Assembly: GCF_009914755.1 (NCBI RefSeq)
Contig: NC_060927.1
Direction: 5' to 3' (one strand)
From: the human T2T-CHM13v2.0 reference genome, Homo sapiens
Length of the DNA stretch: 64,000 nt
Below, piece by piece: positions 17,080-30,314 of this stretch (positions are counted from its first letter, which is position 1; every line of letters starts with the position of its first letter). The notes below the pieces were generated by a model that was not told the origin of the DNA, made no database searches, and worked only from the letters and a program-made list of their open reading frames with translations. A program made the translations under genes and the position numbers.

Positions 17080-17519
17080 CAGTTGACCCTTGAACAATGT
17101 GGGGGTTAGGGGCACCAACCCGCCCCCACCACACAGTTAAACATCTGTGTACGACTTCTGACTCCCCCAAAACTTAACTCCTAATAGCACATTGTTGACT
17201 GGAGGCCTTACTGATAACATAACCAGCCTACTAACATGTATTTTGTATTATATATATTATTTATTATATTTTTACAATAAAGTAAGCTAGATAAAACAAA
17301 ATGTTTCTGAGAAAATCATAAGGAAGAGAAAATAGATTTACTATTCGTTAAGTAAAAGTGGATGATCATAAAGGTCTGCATCCTTGTCATCTTCACATTG
17401 CGTGGACTGAGGGGGAGAAGTTGGTCTTGCTGTCTTGTCTCAGGGGTGGCAGAGGTGAAGAAAACCCATGTATAAGTGGACCCACTCACTTCAAACCTGT
17501 GCTGTTCAAGGGTCAACTG
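17080..17519. mobile_element. Tigger2a-like non-autonomous TcMar DNA transposon
   Basis: Perfect 17-bp TIRs CAGTTGACCCTTGAACA / TGTTCAAGGGTCAACTG; 5' TA target; 440 bp. Confidence 0.88.
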
Positions 17520-18543
17520 TGTTTCATTACTGAGCGTGAGAGTGCAATGTGTACCAGCCAAAGAAATGTTCCTGCTCTTAAAGAGTTTAAGTCATAGAAG
17601 AGATCAGTCAAGTCAATAGGTTTGTAGTGTGAAATTGTTATACAAGATGCCCTGGGTGCTACGGAAGCACATAGAGCAGGCACCAAATCTAGGCCTGGGG
17701 AAGCAGAAAAAGCTTATTTATTAGAGGAGAATACTGAGTAATACTTCAAGGGCAGGTCGGCATGGGCCAGGTAAAGAGATGCTGAAGGAGCCTCCAGACA
17801 AGGAGAGCTCATGTGGGAAGGCCCAGCAATGAGAGAGGCAGTAAAGCAAGGTTCTAGAGTTAAACTATCTGGTTTGGAATCCTGGCTCTTCCACTTATCA
17901 GCTGTGTGCACAAAGTATTTCGACAGGGATAATAAAAATGGCAGCTACCCCGTGAAGTTGTTATGAAGATTGAGCAAGTTAACATTTGTAAAACACTTCA
18001 AACAGGGCTTTGTTTGTTACATAAAAAATAAAATTAAACCTACATATAAAACAAAACAAATCTTTCCATACTGCCTCAATCAACAACGAGTAAGAAAGAA
18101 TCTACTCTTTAGTGTCTCCCATTGGAGGCCGCCATGTTTACTCCCTGACCTCCGCAGCAGTGGATCCAGCTTCCTAAATGAGCTTGTCTGCTTCCCCTGC
18201 CCTGCCTGCATTGAGCTTCCAGCTGGCTCAAGAGATATGCTCACACACAAGCTCAGAAAAGAACCACGAACATTGAGAGACAGCAGCTCAGTCAGTGAGT
18301 CCATGGGAAGAGCACCAACATGGAATCCAGGAGAAGTGGTCATGTGTACATCTAAGATAAAAGCCAGGCAAGGCAGCCATCAGTGACTTGGGCAGGTCGT
18401 CACAGAGACTGACAGGAAGTTCTTGTTGCCACTTCCATATTTTGTGAAAAGGCAAGACTCCAGCTCTGGGAAGCCTGACCAGCACCAAGCCAGGCCTGCA
18501 TCCAAGAAAATCACAATACAAAGCAGGTTATCAAAGGACTAAT

Positions 18544-18712
18544 TCCCTCCCTCCCTCCCTCCCTCTCTCCCTCCCTCCCTCTCTCTCTCTTTCTTTCTCT
18601 TCCTTCCTTCCTCCCTTTCTGCCTTCCTTCCTTCTTTCTTTCTTCTTCTCTCTCCTTCCTTCCTTCTTTCCTTCCTTCCTCCTTCCTTCTACCTTCCTTC
18701 CTTCCTTTCTTT
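18544..18712 (+). repeat. Polypyrimidine simple repeat (TCCC/TTCC/TTTC)n
   Basis: About 170 bp almost free of purines. Confidence 0.9.
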
Positions 18713-19199
18713 GTTTCTACAAAAAATTTATTTAAATGCTTAACTTGCGCCAGACAATGTGTCAGGTACTGGATATATTAGTAGTAACATATAGTTTCTG
18801 CCTTCAAAATGTTTAGACTAGTGAGAAAGACAGGTATCAGATGATGTGATGCTTTGATAAAAATATGCACAGGGCACTATAGTAACAACCCAAAAGTTCT
18901 GACCTTACCAAACTCAACTGCAAGGATGAAAAGAGAAGTGAGGAATGGAGGTTGATAGAGAAAGAGGATTAAGAAAGACTTCATTCAGGAGAAACCCAAT
19001 TATTAATATGAGATCACAGCAAGATGGCTTCTAAATTGGCCTGTTGAAGCCACTCATAATACACCTGTGCTTCTAGAACTTAGAGTAGAGACTGTGGGTT
19101 GGCAGTGTACAAGGACAGTGATATAACAAATATAAGAGCAATGTTTGAATGAAAGAGAAAAAAATTCAGTGTCCATAAAGTAAGAACAAACCTCCATGT

Positions 19200-19622
19200 A
19201 GAGACTGCAATGATGTACAAAGTAGAGAATTGTAGAGAATACTACTCAACAATAAAAAGTAATGAAGTAATGACATATGTTACAACATGGCTGAACCTTG
19301 AAAACATTATGCCAAGTGAAAGAAGCCAACCACAAAAGACCATGTATTATGTGATATGAAACGTCCATAAGAGGCAAATCTACACAGACAGAAAGTAGAC
19401 TGGTGATTGCCTAGGGTTGGGGGAATTGGAGAAAAACTGAGTGACTGCCAATGGGTATAATGTTTCTGTTTGGTTAATAAAATGTTCTTAAATGGATTGT
19501 GGTGATGGTTGTCCCCCTTTGTGATTATACTACAAGCCATTGAATTGTATACTTTAAATGAATGGATAGTATGCTATGTGAATTATATCTCAATAAAACT
19601 ATTACACATTTTTTAAAAAATG
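19200..19622 (+). mobile_element. L1MB-type 3' end
   Basis: GAACCTTGAAAACATTATGCCAAGTGAAAGAAGCC...TGTGAATTATATCTCAATAAA. Confidence 0.8.
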
Positions 19623-19713
19623 AAAATGGTTCCTTAGCAGAGTAGAGGAAAGTTAAGTATGGCTAGAACTTCAAACATATAGGGTGTAGGATGTAGTGAT
19701 AAATTAGTTTAAC

Positions 19714-19930
19714 GTGGTAAATCTCAACCAGGGTGAATTTTGCCCTCCACAGAACATTTGGCAATGTCTGGAGACATTTTTAATTATCACAATTGGCATG
19801 GTGGTGTTACTGACATCTAGTGGGTAGAGGCCATGGATGCTGTTAAACAGCCTACAACGCACAGGACAACCTCCCCAACAAGGAATTATTCGGCCCAAAA
19901 TGTCAGGAGTGCCAAAGTTGAAAAACCTTG
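19714..19930. mobile_element. MER20 hAT DNA transposon
   Basis: TTTGGCAATGTCTGGAGACATTTTT...CATCTAGTGGGTAGAGGCCA...CCCAAAATGTCA, a typical MER20 body. Confidence 0.85.
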
Positions 19931-19934
19931 GTCT

Positions 19935-21389
19935 GAAGAGGTAAGAGACCAGGCCATGAAGAGTTATGGGGTAAAGTTGAGAAGTTTGGCCTTGCTCTAA
20001 AGAAGAAACAATGGTATTAATTGAGGGATTGGCATGATGAAATTGCCACTGAATACCCAAAACGTCACTTTGTGTACAGCTTAGAAAACAGATTAGAGAA
20101 TCAGGGAGGACAGAGATAATGGTGACCTAAGTAGTGTGCTAGCAGAGGGAATGGAAGGATTTAAAAGATATTAATTCACTAAGAAGAATTCTCAGGGTAT
20201 GGTGATTTGTTTGATTCAATGTTCAGAAAAAGAAGGAGAAAGAGGAGCAGCTTGGGATCCAGGCTTCTGGCTGTGCTAGTAGGTGATGGCAATAAGGCCC
20301 TTGGCTGACACAGCAGATAAAGGTGAAGGAGCTGGTTTGAGGGAGAAAATGACAAATTGGATTTTGTCATTTTCAAAATCAAAGTGGAGACTTTTAGGGA
20401 GTAACTGAGGATAAGATCAGGAAACTCTGGAGAGATTGGGGCTGTGTATTGGGCATCAGGATATATAATGCAATTGTACATGGGAATGCGTGCCACCGCC
20501 TAAGAGGAGTGTGGCATGAGATAAGAAGGCAGAACTCGGAAGAACACTAACAGGCATAGAAGAAAGAATCCAAAGGCTATTTAGAAAGTGGCAGGCAACT
20601 TGAGGAAATAAACAAAACCAAACAAAACCAGGACTGTGCAGTATGACAGAAGTCAAAGAAAGATGATTTCAAATAGGCCACAATATACAATTTATAGTAT
20701 ACACTAGGAAGATGGAGAATCACCTAGTGGACTTAGCAACAAGGAGTTTGAAGGCGACTATGTTGAGATGGGCTTTAGTGGTGTATTGGGGACAGAAATC
20801 AGAGGGGGTGTGTTGAGAAGTAGCTGAAAGGGAAGGAAGCAGAGTGATGAGTGTAAGCAGCTCACTTGAGAAATGTGGTTATGACAGGGAGATCAATGAT
20901 AGTGGGAAGGGGATACAGGGTTAAGGTTGGGGTCATTTGAGACAAGAAAGACTTACTTTAACATGTTTAAGCGCTGAGTGGAAGGGGCCAACAACAAAAA
21001 ATTAGATACACAGAGCAGGGGAAATTAAAATGTCAAGATTTGGGGGAAGCACTGAAGTCATTATTCAACATAGATTGAAGGATGCTTCTACTATCCAAGT
21101 AGGAGCAAAGGATAAAAACATGGGTACAGAACACAGAGAGTTTATAGGTTTGGTGGCATAAACTTTAGGAAATTCTCATTTGAAGATTTCAGCTTTCTCT
21201 GTGAAGGAGGTAAGGTCATTTCCTGAGAGTAAGCCAGTGAAACAGCAGAGTTGAAATTTTGTGGATAGTGGACACAGTTTGAAATAGCTGTAGTAAAGTG
21301 GGAAAAAAGAAAGCAGAGAGATTTATGGACCATACGGAAGGCTCTACTGAGATAGGGGAACATAAATGTGCAATGCCATGAATGTATGT

Positions 21390-21427
<38 letters not shown>

Positions 21428-21780
21428 CTAACAGCACTCAGCAGGCTTGAATAAAGTGGGGAGTAGATTAATCCTAGGTTGAGATTTTTACAAGCAATAT
21501 GGGACAATTCCTAGTGTCGAACTACATTTTTTTAAACTAGAGAGAGAAGGAGGTAAAGGCAGCAGAGCACTGATGGATGGAGAGGTCAGGGATTTGCAAG
21601 GTCTAATACTGGACTTGGTGGAAGTAGCTGAATTGGAGAGCTGGATGTGGTTAGACAGATAGATAGCTTGGAATATGACAAGGTCTAGTATGTGGCCATG
21701 AAACTGGCTGACTTACATAAATGGAGGTGAAGGGCACTGAAAATGAATGGGGTCAGGAGTGTAGGATGGATTTTCTTCAT
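19935..21780 (-). mobile_element. Degraded L2 LINE
   Basis: Purine-rich + strand with L2-like motifs; boundaries approximate. Confidence 0.55.
21383..21422 (+). repeat. (TG)n microsatellite
   Basis: Interrupted TG run seen directly. Confidence 0.9.
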
Positions 21781-24700
21781 CAAACCTGACTTGTCTTGGC
21801 AGAATAAATGTATATCATGCCTCTTTGCTTAAGTGCAGATTCTAAGTAATGTCTTGCTTTGTTTCAATTCTCAATTGGATTTTATCCATAATGCTAGACT
21901 CAATAGTACTTGTTATATTTCAAATCTGTCTAATACTTGCACTTAAGGAAATTACAGAGAAGAATGAAAACATTTCAGAAGGCTACAAATGAATATAAAT
22001 CGTTGTGTGCTCATTGATGTGAGGGTTAGAGGAAGCTATGGAGAAGTAGTAGCCTAGATTTTACCATCTTTTTGTGAACAAATGCTCACTTAACCTACTT
22101 ATACCAAGAGTTTGACTGGCACCAGACCAAGCAGAGTCATGCCAATTTCTTCCATATTTTAGTTTTGATTTCAGGGAAAGAAGGAGAGATACCCAAAGAT
22201 TTTCATAAATCTAAGACTGGAAGAGGCCTTAGAGTCATCTTCCCCAGCTGACATTTGATGCTGAACTACTCAATATCCTCACCATGTGGTCACTCCACCC
22301 AGTCACTACAACCCAGTCCTGGCAGAGCTTGGATTTGAATCCAAGTGTTTAATTCTTAACCTGGCCTTCTTTATGCTATATCAAAATTCCTGGGCTACCA
22401 CTTGGGAGAGGGAGCTGGAGAGAGCAGTGAGTGGGGTAACCTACATAGTTTCCCACAGCTTGGAATGATGGTTGTGTGTATTCATGCTGAAACAGCTACT
22501 CTCCTTGAGGCTCTTGTCTCCTGCATGTAGTTCAGCCCCTTGGAGCCACTGGGGATAAAACTGCTTCCTCTTGCACATTGAACATCTTTATTTGGTATTA
22601 TCAAGTAGCCAAGATTCTAGTGCAACTTCCCTTCCTCAAGGCGACCAGTCCCATCTACCCTATCACCCTTCCCTCTTCCAGCTTCACCTCAAGTCTCTGC
22701 TTTCTTCTAGGGAAAGTAAGCTCTACCAGGAGGCAGGTCTCTGGCCTTCAGGAGGACTATGCTCAAGTACATCACTCCACTGCACATTTGGGACAGCCTG
22801 GTGCTGTCAACATCACCAAGTTGAGATCTGGGAAGACTCTTTGCATTTCCTAATGGAGAACCAGAGCCCTGATCCATCCATACAATGACAGAACTGGAAC
22901 CGAACTTGGAGACTACCTGGTCCAGTGCTTTATTATACAGAAAGGGAGGTGAAGCAGCTCATCCAGATCATGGCAATTGACTAGTGGCACAGGTTGGATT
23001 TAAATCCAGGTCCTCTTATCTCTAATCTGGTTCTCTTTGTGTTTATCAGATTCCCTGGGACAATACTGCATTTTGTTCTCCCTATATATTTGTGCCAGAA
23101 TAATTTTTCAGCTCAGTTTCACATATTCATACTATCAATATTCATCTTCCAAATCTCAGGAGCTTAGCAAGAACAAAAAGCGGATCTAAAAATTAATCCA
23201 TTATTGGATGACATGGATTATAGCAAATACAAAGTAGGAGAAAACATACATAGAAAAGTAAAACCTCAGAGTATTTACAGCCTTATGACATCCATCAGGC
23301 TGTGACCAAAATTGGATAAGACAGAGCATTATAAATCCTGGGGCTGTAAGGGAAGCACAAGGAGAGAAAAGTGTGCAATAGTGGCTGCTGCCCTGAGCAA
23401 CATTCATCATCTGTGATCTCCCAGCCTCGCCGTCTTCAGAGCCCGTCCTGTGCACGGTGGGTTTTGTTCTGAAGCAGTAGGATGCACTGACACTGATCCC
23501 TCTCTACATTCTTGATGTATGCGACTGATACCTCAAAACTGAAGCTCATAGGGCCAGCCTGTATCTGGATTTTTAAATATGAAAATGAAAAAAGAAAATC
23601 TCTGTCTGAAGGGCTGGCAGAGAAAGAGGGAATCAACCTCTTTGCCCCAACAACAATGAAAAACCAAATCTGTGATCCTGTGGCTGAGAACAAAAGAGTG
23701 CCCCGCAGAGAGGTACACAAAACAGGCTGTGAAAATGACCCATCAGAAGGAACTCAGGAGAATCAATAACTTCAGTGGAAGACTTTAGGTCAAATTCTGA
23801 AACTACTACAGTGTGAATCCTGTGAACTGTCCTGGGGGAAAGGAGTCTGAATGTTTGCAAAACATCTGCGTTGAGGTGAAAATCAGGAGTCCTTTAACAC
23901 ACTCATCAAACCACCCCTGGGTGGGCTTGTTTGTTTCCTTCTCATTTCCTGGGCTCCTGGCTGCTCTTTGCACAGGCGTAAAATTCTCACTGCCATCAAG
24001 AGGGGATACAGGGGTCTCACTGAGGCCCGAGCTGCATTCTCATGCCCAGACTGAGACTGCAGAGGTAAAAAGTCAAGTTACTACATATTGGCATTATAAT
24101 TGGCAGGCTGTGTGGCCTCGCCTCAGCTTTGCATTGTAATAGCCCCAAATGATCTGCCTCTGTTTCTCACAGCTCTCCTCCCTTGCTTTCAATGTCCTCT
24201 GCTGTTAATTAAATTCATACATAATGACTGTGGCTGTCTCCTGGACTCCATCCATCAGACAGCAAGCTGCTTTCCAGTGCCAGGTCAACTCAGCCATAAT
24301 GAATAGACTCAGAGGCTGACCCTGCCTTCCAGATTTTCACCACGGAAGAAAGCACACAAGTGGTAGTTAAAGCATCTTGTTTCACATTGTACCTCTGCTA
24401 CTCATAAAGTGAGATCTTGGCAAGTCAGTCAAACTTCTCGAGCTTCATATTTTCTATTTATAGTGATTTTTATCCAGGAGTATTTCAGTATCATTATTGA
24501 AGCTTTTAAATAATACAAGTCCCACCCCATACCTGTGGAATCAATTTCCAGAGGTGGACCTGGGTATCTATATTTTACAAAGCTCCATTAGATGCATCCA
24601 TTCTGAAACATTTCTTGATAAAGGACATAAACCATTGGGTTATTGTAGAAACCATATAGATATGGGTATAAAGGTGCATTCGAAGAGATAAAGTGCTCCA

Positions 24701-25957
24701 AATCTTATTCATTTTATCTTTTGCTTTTCTTCTCCTGAACGCACAGACACAGACACTTTCTAGATTCTTGTTCTAAATATCTCTTTCCTTTCCATATGTG
24801 AGCCCTATCTCTTTCTCATTCATTAAATAATGAGTTCAAATGTTGTATTCCATTTAAGTCCTATTAACTTATGCCACTTCATAGTCTTTCTTTTTCGAAA
24901 TAACCCTATTTTTTTATTACTGTCCATGTATATGTCATATTAGTATATACATCATTAAATCTAATGGAATGAGTATTATTTCCATTTTACAGCCAAGGAC
25001 ATTAAGATTCACAGAGATTAAGTAATTCAGTAAGTATTGGAAGTGGAATTGATAACTTTGTCTTCTTCTAATTTTAAGTTCATTGCTTTTCCCATGGGCT
25101 AACTCTGGGAATAGCATCCAAGTTTTTACTTGTAACTTAGCTGTTAACTATTACAAAGCCAGCAAGTAATAAATGGAACTTAGGGAACCTTTAAAATCTC
25201 TTCCATGGCTTGGTGGTTTAATTATTATTGTAATATATTTAGAAATTTTGATGGCTGATTGAATTCTTTATTTCTCTCCCAGATATTTTTAGCTGGGTAG
25301 ATAATTAGTCTGAACTGTGTGGGACTTGGTTCCTCTCCTAGAAAAAAGCACACAGGCAGCCGTGACTCCTTGAGCTTATGCCAGACTCTCTTTTCCTGAC
25401 CCTGTAAGCATGGAGGGCTGTGTCCTCATTGTCATGCAGAAAGGAAGTCACACATGAAACAAGTGGGGGTAGTTCCTATCGCTCACATTTCCCTTCTCTC
25501 AGGTTGATTAGGCATTGGTAAACTCAAGTGTGTTACTCTGGTGAAACAGTTGCCCTTGAGGGCAGACTGTTAGGGAGAACAGAGAGGTCTGAGTGTTAAC
25601 AAAAATGGTTATTTTTCTCCTCACATGATGAATGCACAAGAAGATTTTTCTCTATCTTCATAGTGACAACCTGGTGGGGCTCCTGGAGGTAAAACTCCTG
25701 AAAGTGTGAGGGTTCTCCTAAAACCGAGCCCTTGCCCCCCAATTATTTAATTCTCAAGCTTGTTCTCACTGAGCTTCCAGCAATTGCCAATTTCAGTTTA
25801 AAGTGTTCTTACCCTACCAGTACTAGTTCCGGCTGTGAACTTCCATTCCTGGGCTTTGGCTCTGATAAGCTGTGACTCCCTGTATCTGCCCATCTATTGC
25901 TCTAGTTTTCAGGGTAGCAGTTTGCCCTGTGACTTCAATTCTCTGATGTACTTAAGA

Positions 25958-26034
25958 GTAACAAACCTGCACGTTGTGCACATGTACCCTAGAACTTAAA
26001 GTATAATAAAATAAAATATATATATAAAAAAAAG
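25958..26034 (+). mobile_element. Extremely 5'-truncated L1PA 3' terminus plus tail, inside an old minus-strand L1M 5' fragment
   Basis: GTAACAAACCTGCACGTTGTGCACATGTACCCTAGAACTTAAAGTATAATAA plus an A/TA tail, flanked by AAGAGT on both sides. Confidence 0.88.
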
Positions 26035-27852
26035 AAGAGTTGTTGATTTTCAGTTCGTTCAGCTTTTCTCTTGCTATGAGGATGGGGGTGATGACTTCCA
26101 AGCTTCTTACAAGTCAGACTGGAAACGGACTTTTTTACACATGGAAGAAGAAGAAGAAAAAGAAAATAAGTTGCACTCTGTATTGGTTGAAATTCTTTTA
26201 AAAGCAGAGCCTGAGGCAAGAACTTGCTGCAAGTAGTTAATATGAAAAGTGATCCCTGAGGGCAGGAGTGAGAGATTGGTAAAGTGAATCAGGAACAGGA
26301 GAAAAGTTCATTTACAGAGTATAGCTTTGGCCTGCTTGTTTCCTGACATTGGCCTGATATGGGGGTGATTAAACACTCTGCATATGTAGGGTACCTATGT
26401 TCACCACAGCCTTGGAACAGAGCAGAAAAAGTCCTGCCTCTGATTTTAAGACCATTTGTGCTGAAATAGAGGAGGTGGCTGTCAAGAATAGGAGTCGGGG
26501 TCTCTATTTGCAGTGGTCTCAACTGGTCACCTCTCCAGGGCTTAGCTTTCATTAAGCTCACAGACATTCTTTCTACTAAAAAATATCCAAATGATTGTCT
26601 GTTGAGGCAAATTCCACATCTGAACAATGGGCCTCAAGAGGCCTGAGGCCCAGCAGATTTTCACAGAAGCTGTGAAACAAACGGCCCCTTTGGAAACTTG
26701 TAAGTTTTTATTTTAGTTCTTTTGATTTTATACATTTCTTCTTGCTATTTCTCAGAGGTTACCTTTAATCTAATCTTTGCCCTCCTGAATGGTGTTCTTA
26801 GCAGGCTTAGCCCCTAGGCCTGAGTAGCAGTTGGCTCTGGGTGTCACACTTCATTTTACTTCTTGTTTCACCTTTTACAGAGCAGTTGGCCACCAAGACA
26901 GAGGTTGGACAAGTGTCCTGGGGTAAGAGCTGGCCTTGCCAGCCAAGTGCCATAGACGTTCATCTCTTTCAGTCAGATACCCACCAATTCTTATCACTCT
27001 TGTCTAGCCTCCTTTCTTCCCAAGCCTAAAATGTCCCCAAGAAGAACATATTTCTATGTGTTAAGTTTTGTGCTAGCCCTATTTGTGATGGGTCATATGA
27101 TATTCCAAAAATGGGTACATGCCTAAGGTTCCAAAAACTGAACTTAAGCCTTGATTAACCCAAATCTATCTTGACTTCAGTTTTTGTAATTTGTTGGACT
27201 ATTGCAGAAATGGCAAAAATGTTTCATATACCAATCAGTTTCTAGTGGCTGCCTAGAAAGCTGTGATGAGGGAAATTCTTAAGTAACACCCAGACCCCGA
27301 GGGAAAGGTGAGAAGGTTGATTGGCAATGTCTGTCTTACACAAGAAAAGGGGAGAGACATTGTTTGCCATCCCAGGATTATAAGACCTTGTAGATTCATT
27401 TCAGCTCTGAACGGTTAAGAATCTAAATTTTGCTATGCCCCGCTTCTTCAGAATTCATCAGTTTTTTTTTTTTTCCAGCTGTCTCTTAGCAGTTGTTTAA
27501 CCAATCTGGGATAAACCTTCAACAGTTGAAAGCTCGAAGGTTGCAACTATCACACCGCATTCCTTGGGTAAGTCATTTTCTTCACTGGGTCTCAGTGAAA
27601 TTGGAGGGGCTGTCACAAGATATCTAAGGTCTCTTTCAATGACCAAGTCCCACAATTCTATTATTCTGGAGTTACAATGCCTTGGTGAAAACAAACAAAC
27701 AAACAAACAAACCACCCACCAAGTGGCTTAAGTACACTGTAGGGTTGCAGAAGGGGCTGTATTTTCTTCTTTTCCTTCTCTTTCTTTTTCCGTTCCTTCT
27801 TGGTAATGAGGAAGGTAGGTAGTGGGCTTCATCCAGCCCTCAAATCTCAAAG

Positions 27853-28683
27853 TGATACTGTAAAATATATATTTGATCATTGACTCCATTTCCTGGCATA
27901 CAACTCTTAAAATCCTTAGAATCTCTGAAGAGATCTTTTTGTATGCTAATGAAATGACAGGTGGCCGGCAGCTCCTAGGTCGCTTCAGGATGAGAGCTGG
28001 TCGCCAGAAAGTTCCAGGCAGAATTAGAGTGTTGGGACTTTCAGTCTCATCCCCTAATCTCTAAGGCTGAAGACTAAGTTCATCACCAGTGGTCATAGTT
28101 TAATCAATCATGCCTGCGTAATGAAGTCTCCATAAAAGCTCCAAATGGACAGGGTTCAGACAGCTTCAGGATAGCCCAACACAAGGAGGCTCCTGGAGGA
28201 TAGTGTGCCCAGGGTGGGCTTCCATGCCCCTTCCCATACCTTTCCGTATGCATCTCTTCATCTTTATCGCCTTTAATACCTTTATAATAAACTGGCACAC
28301 ATAAGTAAGTGTTCTTCTGAGTTCCATGAGCCACTCCAGCAAATTAATCGAACTTAAGGAGGGAATCCTAATGTATAACCAGTTGGTCAGAAGCACAGGT
28401 AAAATAACATGGGGCTTTCAACTGGCCCCAAGCCCCAGCCTGAAGTTGTAGGGGAACAGTCTTGTGGACTGGGCCCTCCACCCTTGGGATCTCATGCTGG
28501 GTTGGGGTAGATAGTATTAGAACTGAATTGAATAAGAGGTCATCTAGTTGGTGTCCTCTGCAGAATTAAGTGACTGCTTGCTTGGTGAGGAAACTCCCCA
28601 CATATTAGGTTAGAAGTCTTTTGTGTTGATTGCTACTGAGTGACAGAATAGAAAAAGCACTTTGAGTGTGTTTCTTCAACACA
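27853..28683 (+). mobile_element. MER21-type LTR
   Basis: GTGATACTGTAAAATATATATTTG...AATCAATCATGCCTGCGTAATGAAG...TTCTGAGTTCCATGAGCCACTCCAGCAAATTAATCGAAC. Confidence 0.75.
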
Positions 28684-29069
28684 TGTTACCCTTAATCTTC
28701 CTGCTGAACCCCCATGCAAAGGACCAGGCTGACCTGAACAATTGGGTATATCAAAGGGCACACATGAAGAAGAGGCAGAAGGAAATCATGAAGGCATGCA
28801 ATGCGCCGGATCAAGCTACCTTTTGGGAAAAACAGAGCATTTGAGGTGTCAGGGGTAAGGGGACTCTCTGAAGGTACACTCTGAAGATACAGAATAAGTA
28901 GAGTGGACTTGGGATCCTAAACCCAGCGGAAAGTGAAGAGAAAGGGTAGAGAAATGATTTATGCATGGGTGGAGCAAGAGAGCAGAACTTGAAGCCAGGC
29001 CCTGTATTGGCACTAATTTGCTGTGTGACCTTAGGCAAGAGACCTTATTCCTCTGGGTCTCAGTTTTCT

Positions 29070-29379
29070 TTTCTCTTTTTTTTTTTTTTTTTTTTGAGAC
29101 GGAGTTATGCTCTTGTCACTCAGGCTGGAGCGCAATGGCATGACCTCGGCTAACTGCAACCTCTGCCTCCTGGGTTCAGGCAATTCCCCTGCCCTGGCCT
29201 CCCAAGTAGCTGGGATTACAGGCATGCGCCATCATGCCTGGCTGACTTTGTAATTTTTAAAGTAGAGATGGGGTTTCATCATGTTGGTCAGGTGGTCTCA
29301 AACTCCTGACCTCAAGTGATCTACCCTCCTTGGCCTCCCGAAGTGCTGAGATCACAGGCGTGAGCCACGGTGCCCAGCC
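29070..29379 (-). mobile_element. AluS inserted in a MIR
   Basis: Full Alu; TSD TCAGTTTTCT. Confidence 0.93.
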
Positions 29380-30314
29380 TCAGTTTTCTCGTGTATAAAA
29401 ATTAAAGGGAAAAGGGATAAGTTGATTTCTAAGGGTTTTCCCAACTCTAACATCCTGTGGATCCAATTACAAGTTCTTAGAGCTTCCTATATCATGTGTA
29501 TAGACACAGGTATCCAGGAAGGGAAGGAAAGAGAGAGGGTGTCTCTGAGTCGCTGACAGGGCACATGGAAGCCTAGAAAACCCAGGAAGACTGAGGCTGA
29601 TCCTGTCTCAGACACAGAAGCTGTAGCGGGTGTTCTAAAGACCTAAGTAAGCATCCTGCTTGTCCTATCTCCCCTATTTGAATTTAAGCCCCAGGAGGAC
29701 AAAGCTTACTCTCTGGAATCTCCGCGTTTTAGACTTACAAGTGTCTTTAAAGGTCATCTCATCTCAATCCCTTACCCCAAAATGGGAATTCTCTGTATCC
29801 TACCACTGAAAGACGGCCCCCACACCTGTGCGTATTTGCCCTTCCACATAATTTACAGAGTGGAGGGCAGAGTTTGATAATCCCTTCATGCAGCTGACCT
29901 CCTGCCTCAGGACCCAGGAAATCTCCCTACGGTTCCTCTGACACTGGCTCCAGTGTGCCAGCCTGGAACCTGAAATGCCATTCTCAGCTTCTCTTCAGGG
30001 AGTGAGGTGGGCGGACACATGGCAGGTTTTGGAGTCACACAGACCCGGGTTCAAGTCTCACTTCCACTGCTCGTTAACTGAGGGGATTCGGACAAAGTAC
30101 CCCAGCTTTCTGTGCAGTTAACCTGCAAAACTCCAAGAATAATCCTTCGCGGGACTGGTGAGGATACATGGGGTGTAGGAGATGAGCATTAAACACGTGC
30201 TCCCCTACGCTGCTCCTAACCTCCCTGTCTCCACCTGGGTGTGAGCATCTGTGGGGGCAGGAATTGTTTCTTAGCTACAGGATACTCTTTTCCCAGTGCC
30301 AAAAACAGTGCTTT

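Noticed and set aside
22571-22888. Possible degraded RTP-family exon after acceptor TTCTTCTAG (YAQVH...GAVNI)
   Set aside because: Only a few residues resemble RTP exon 2 and there are no in-frame CxxC motifs. A tBLASTn/HMM search would be needed; not supportable by eye.
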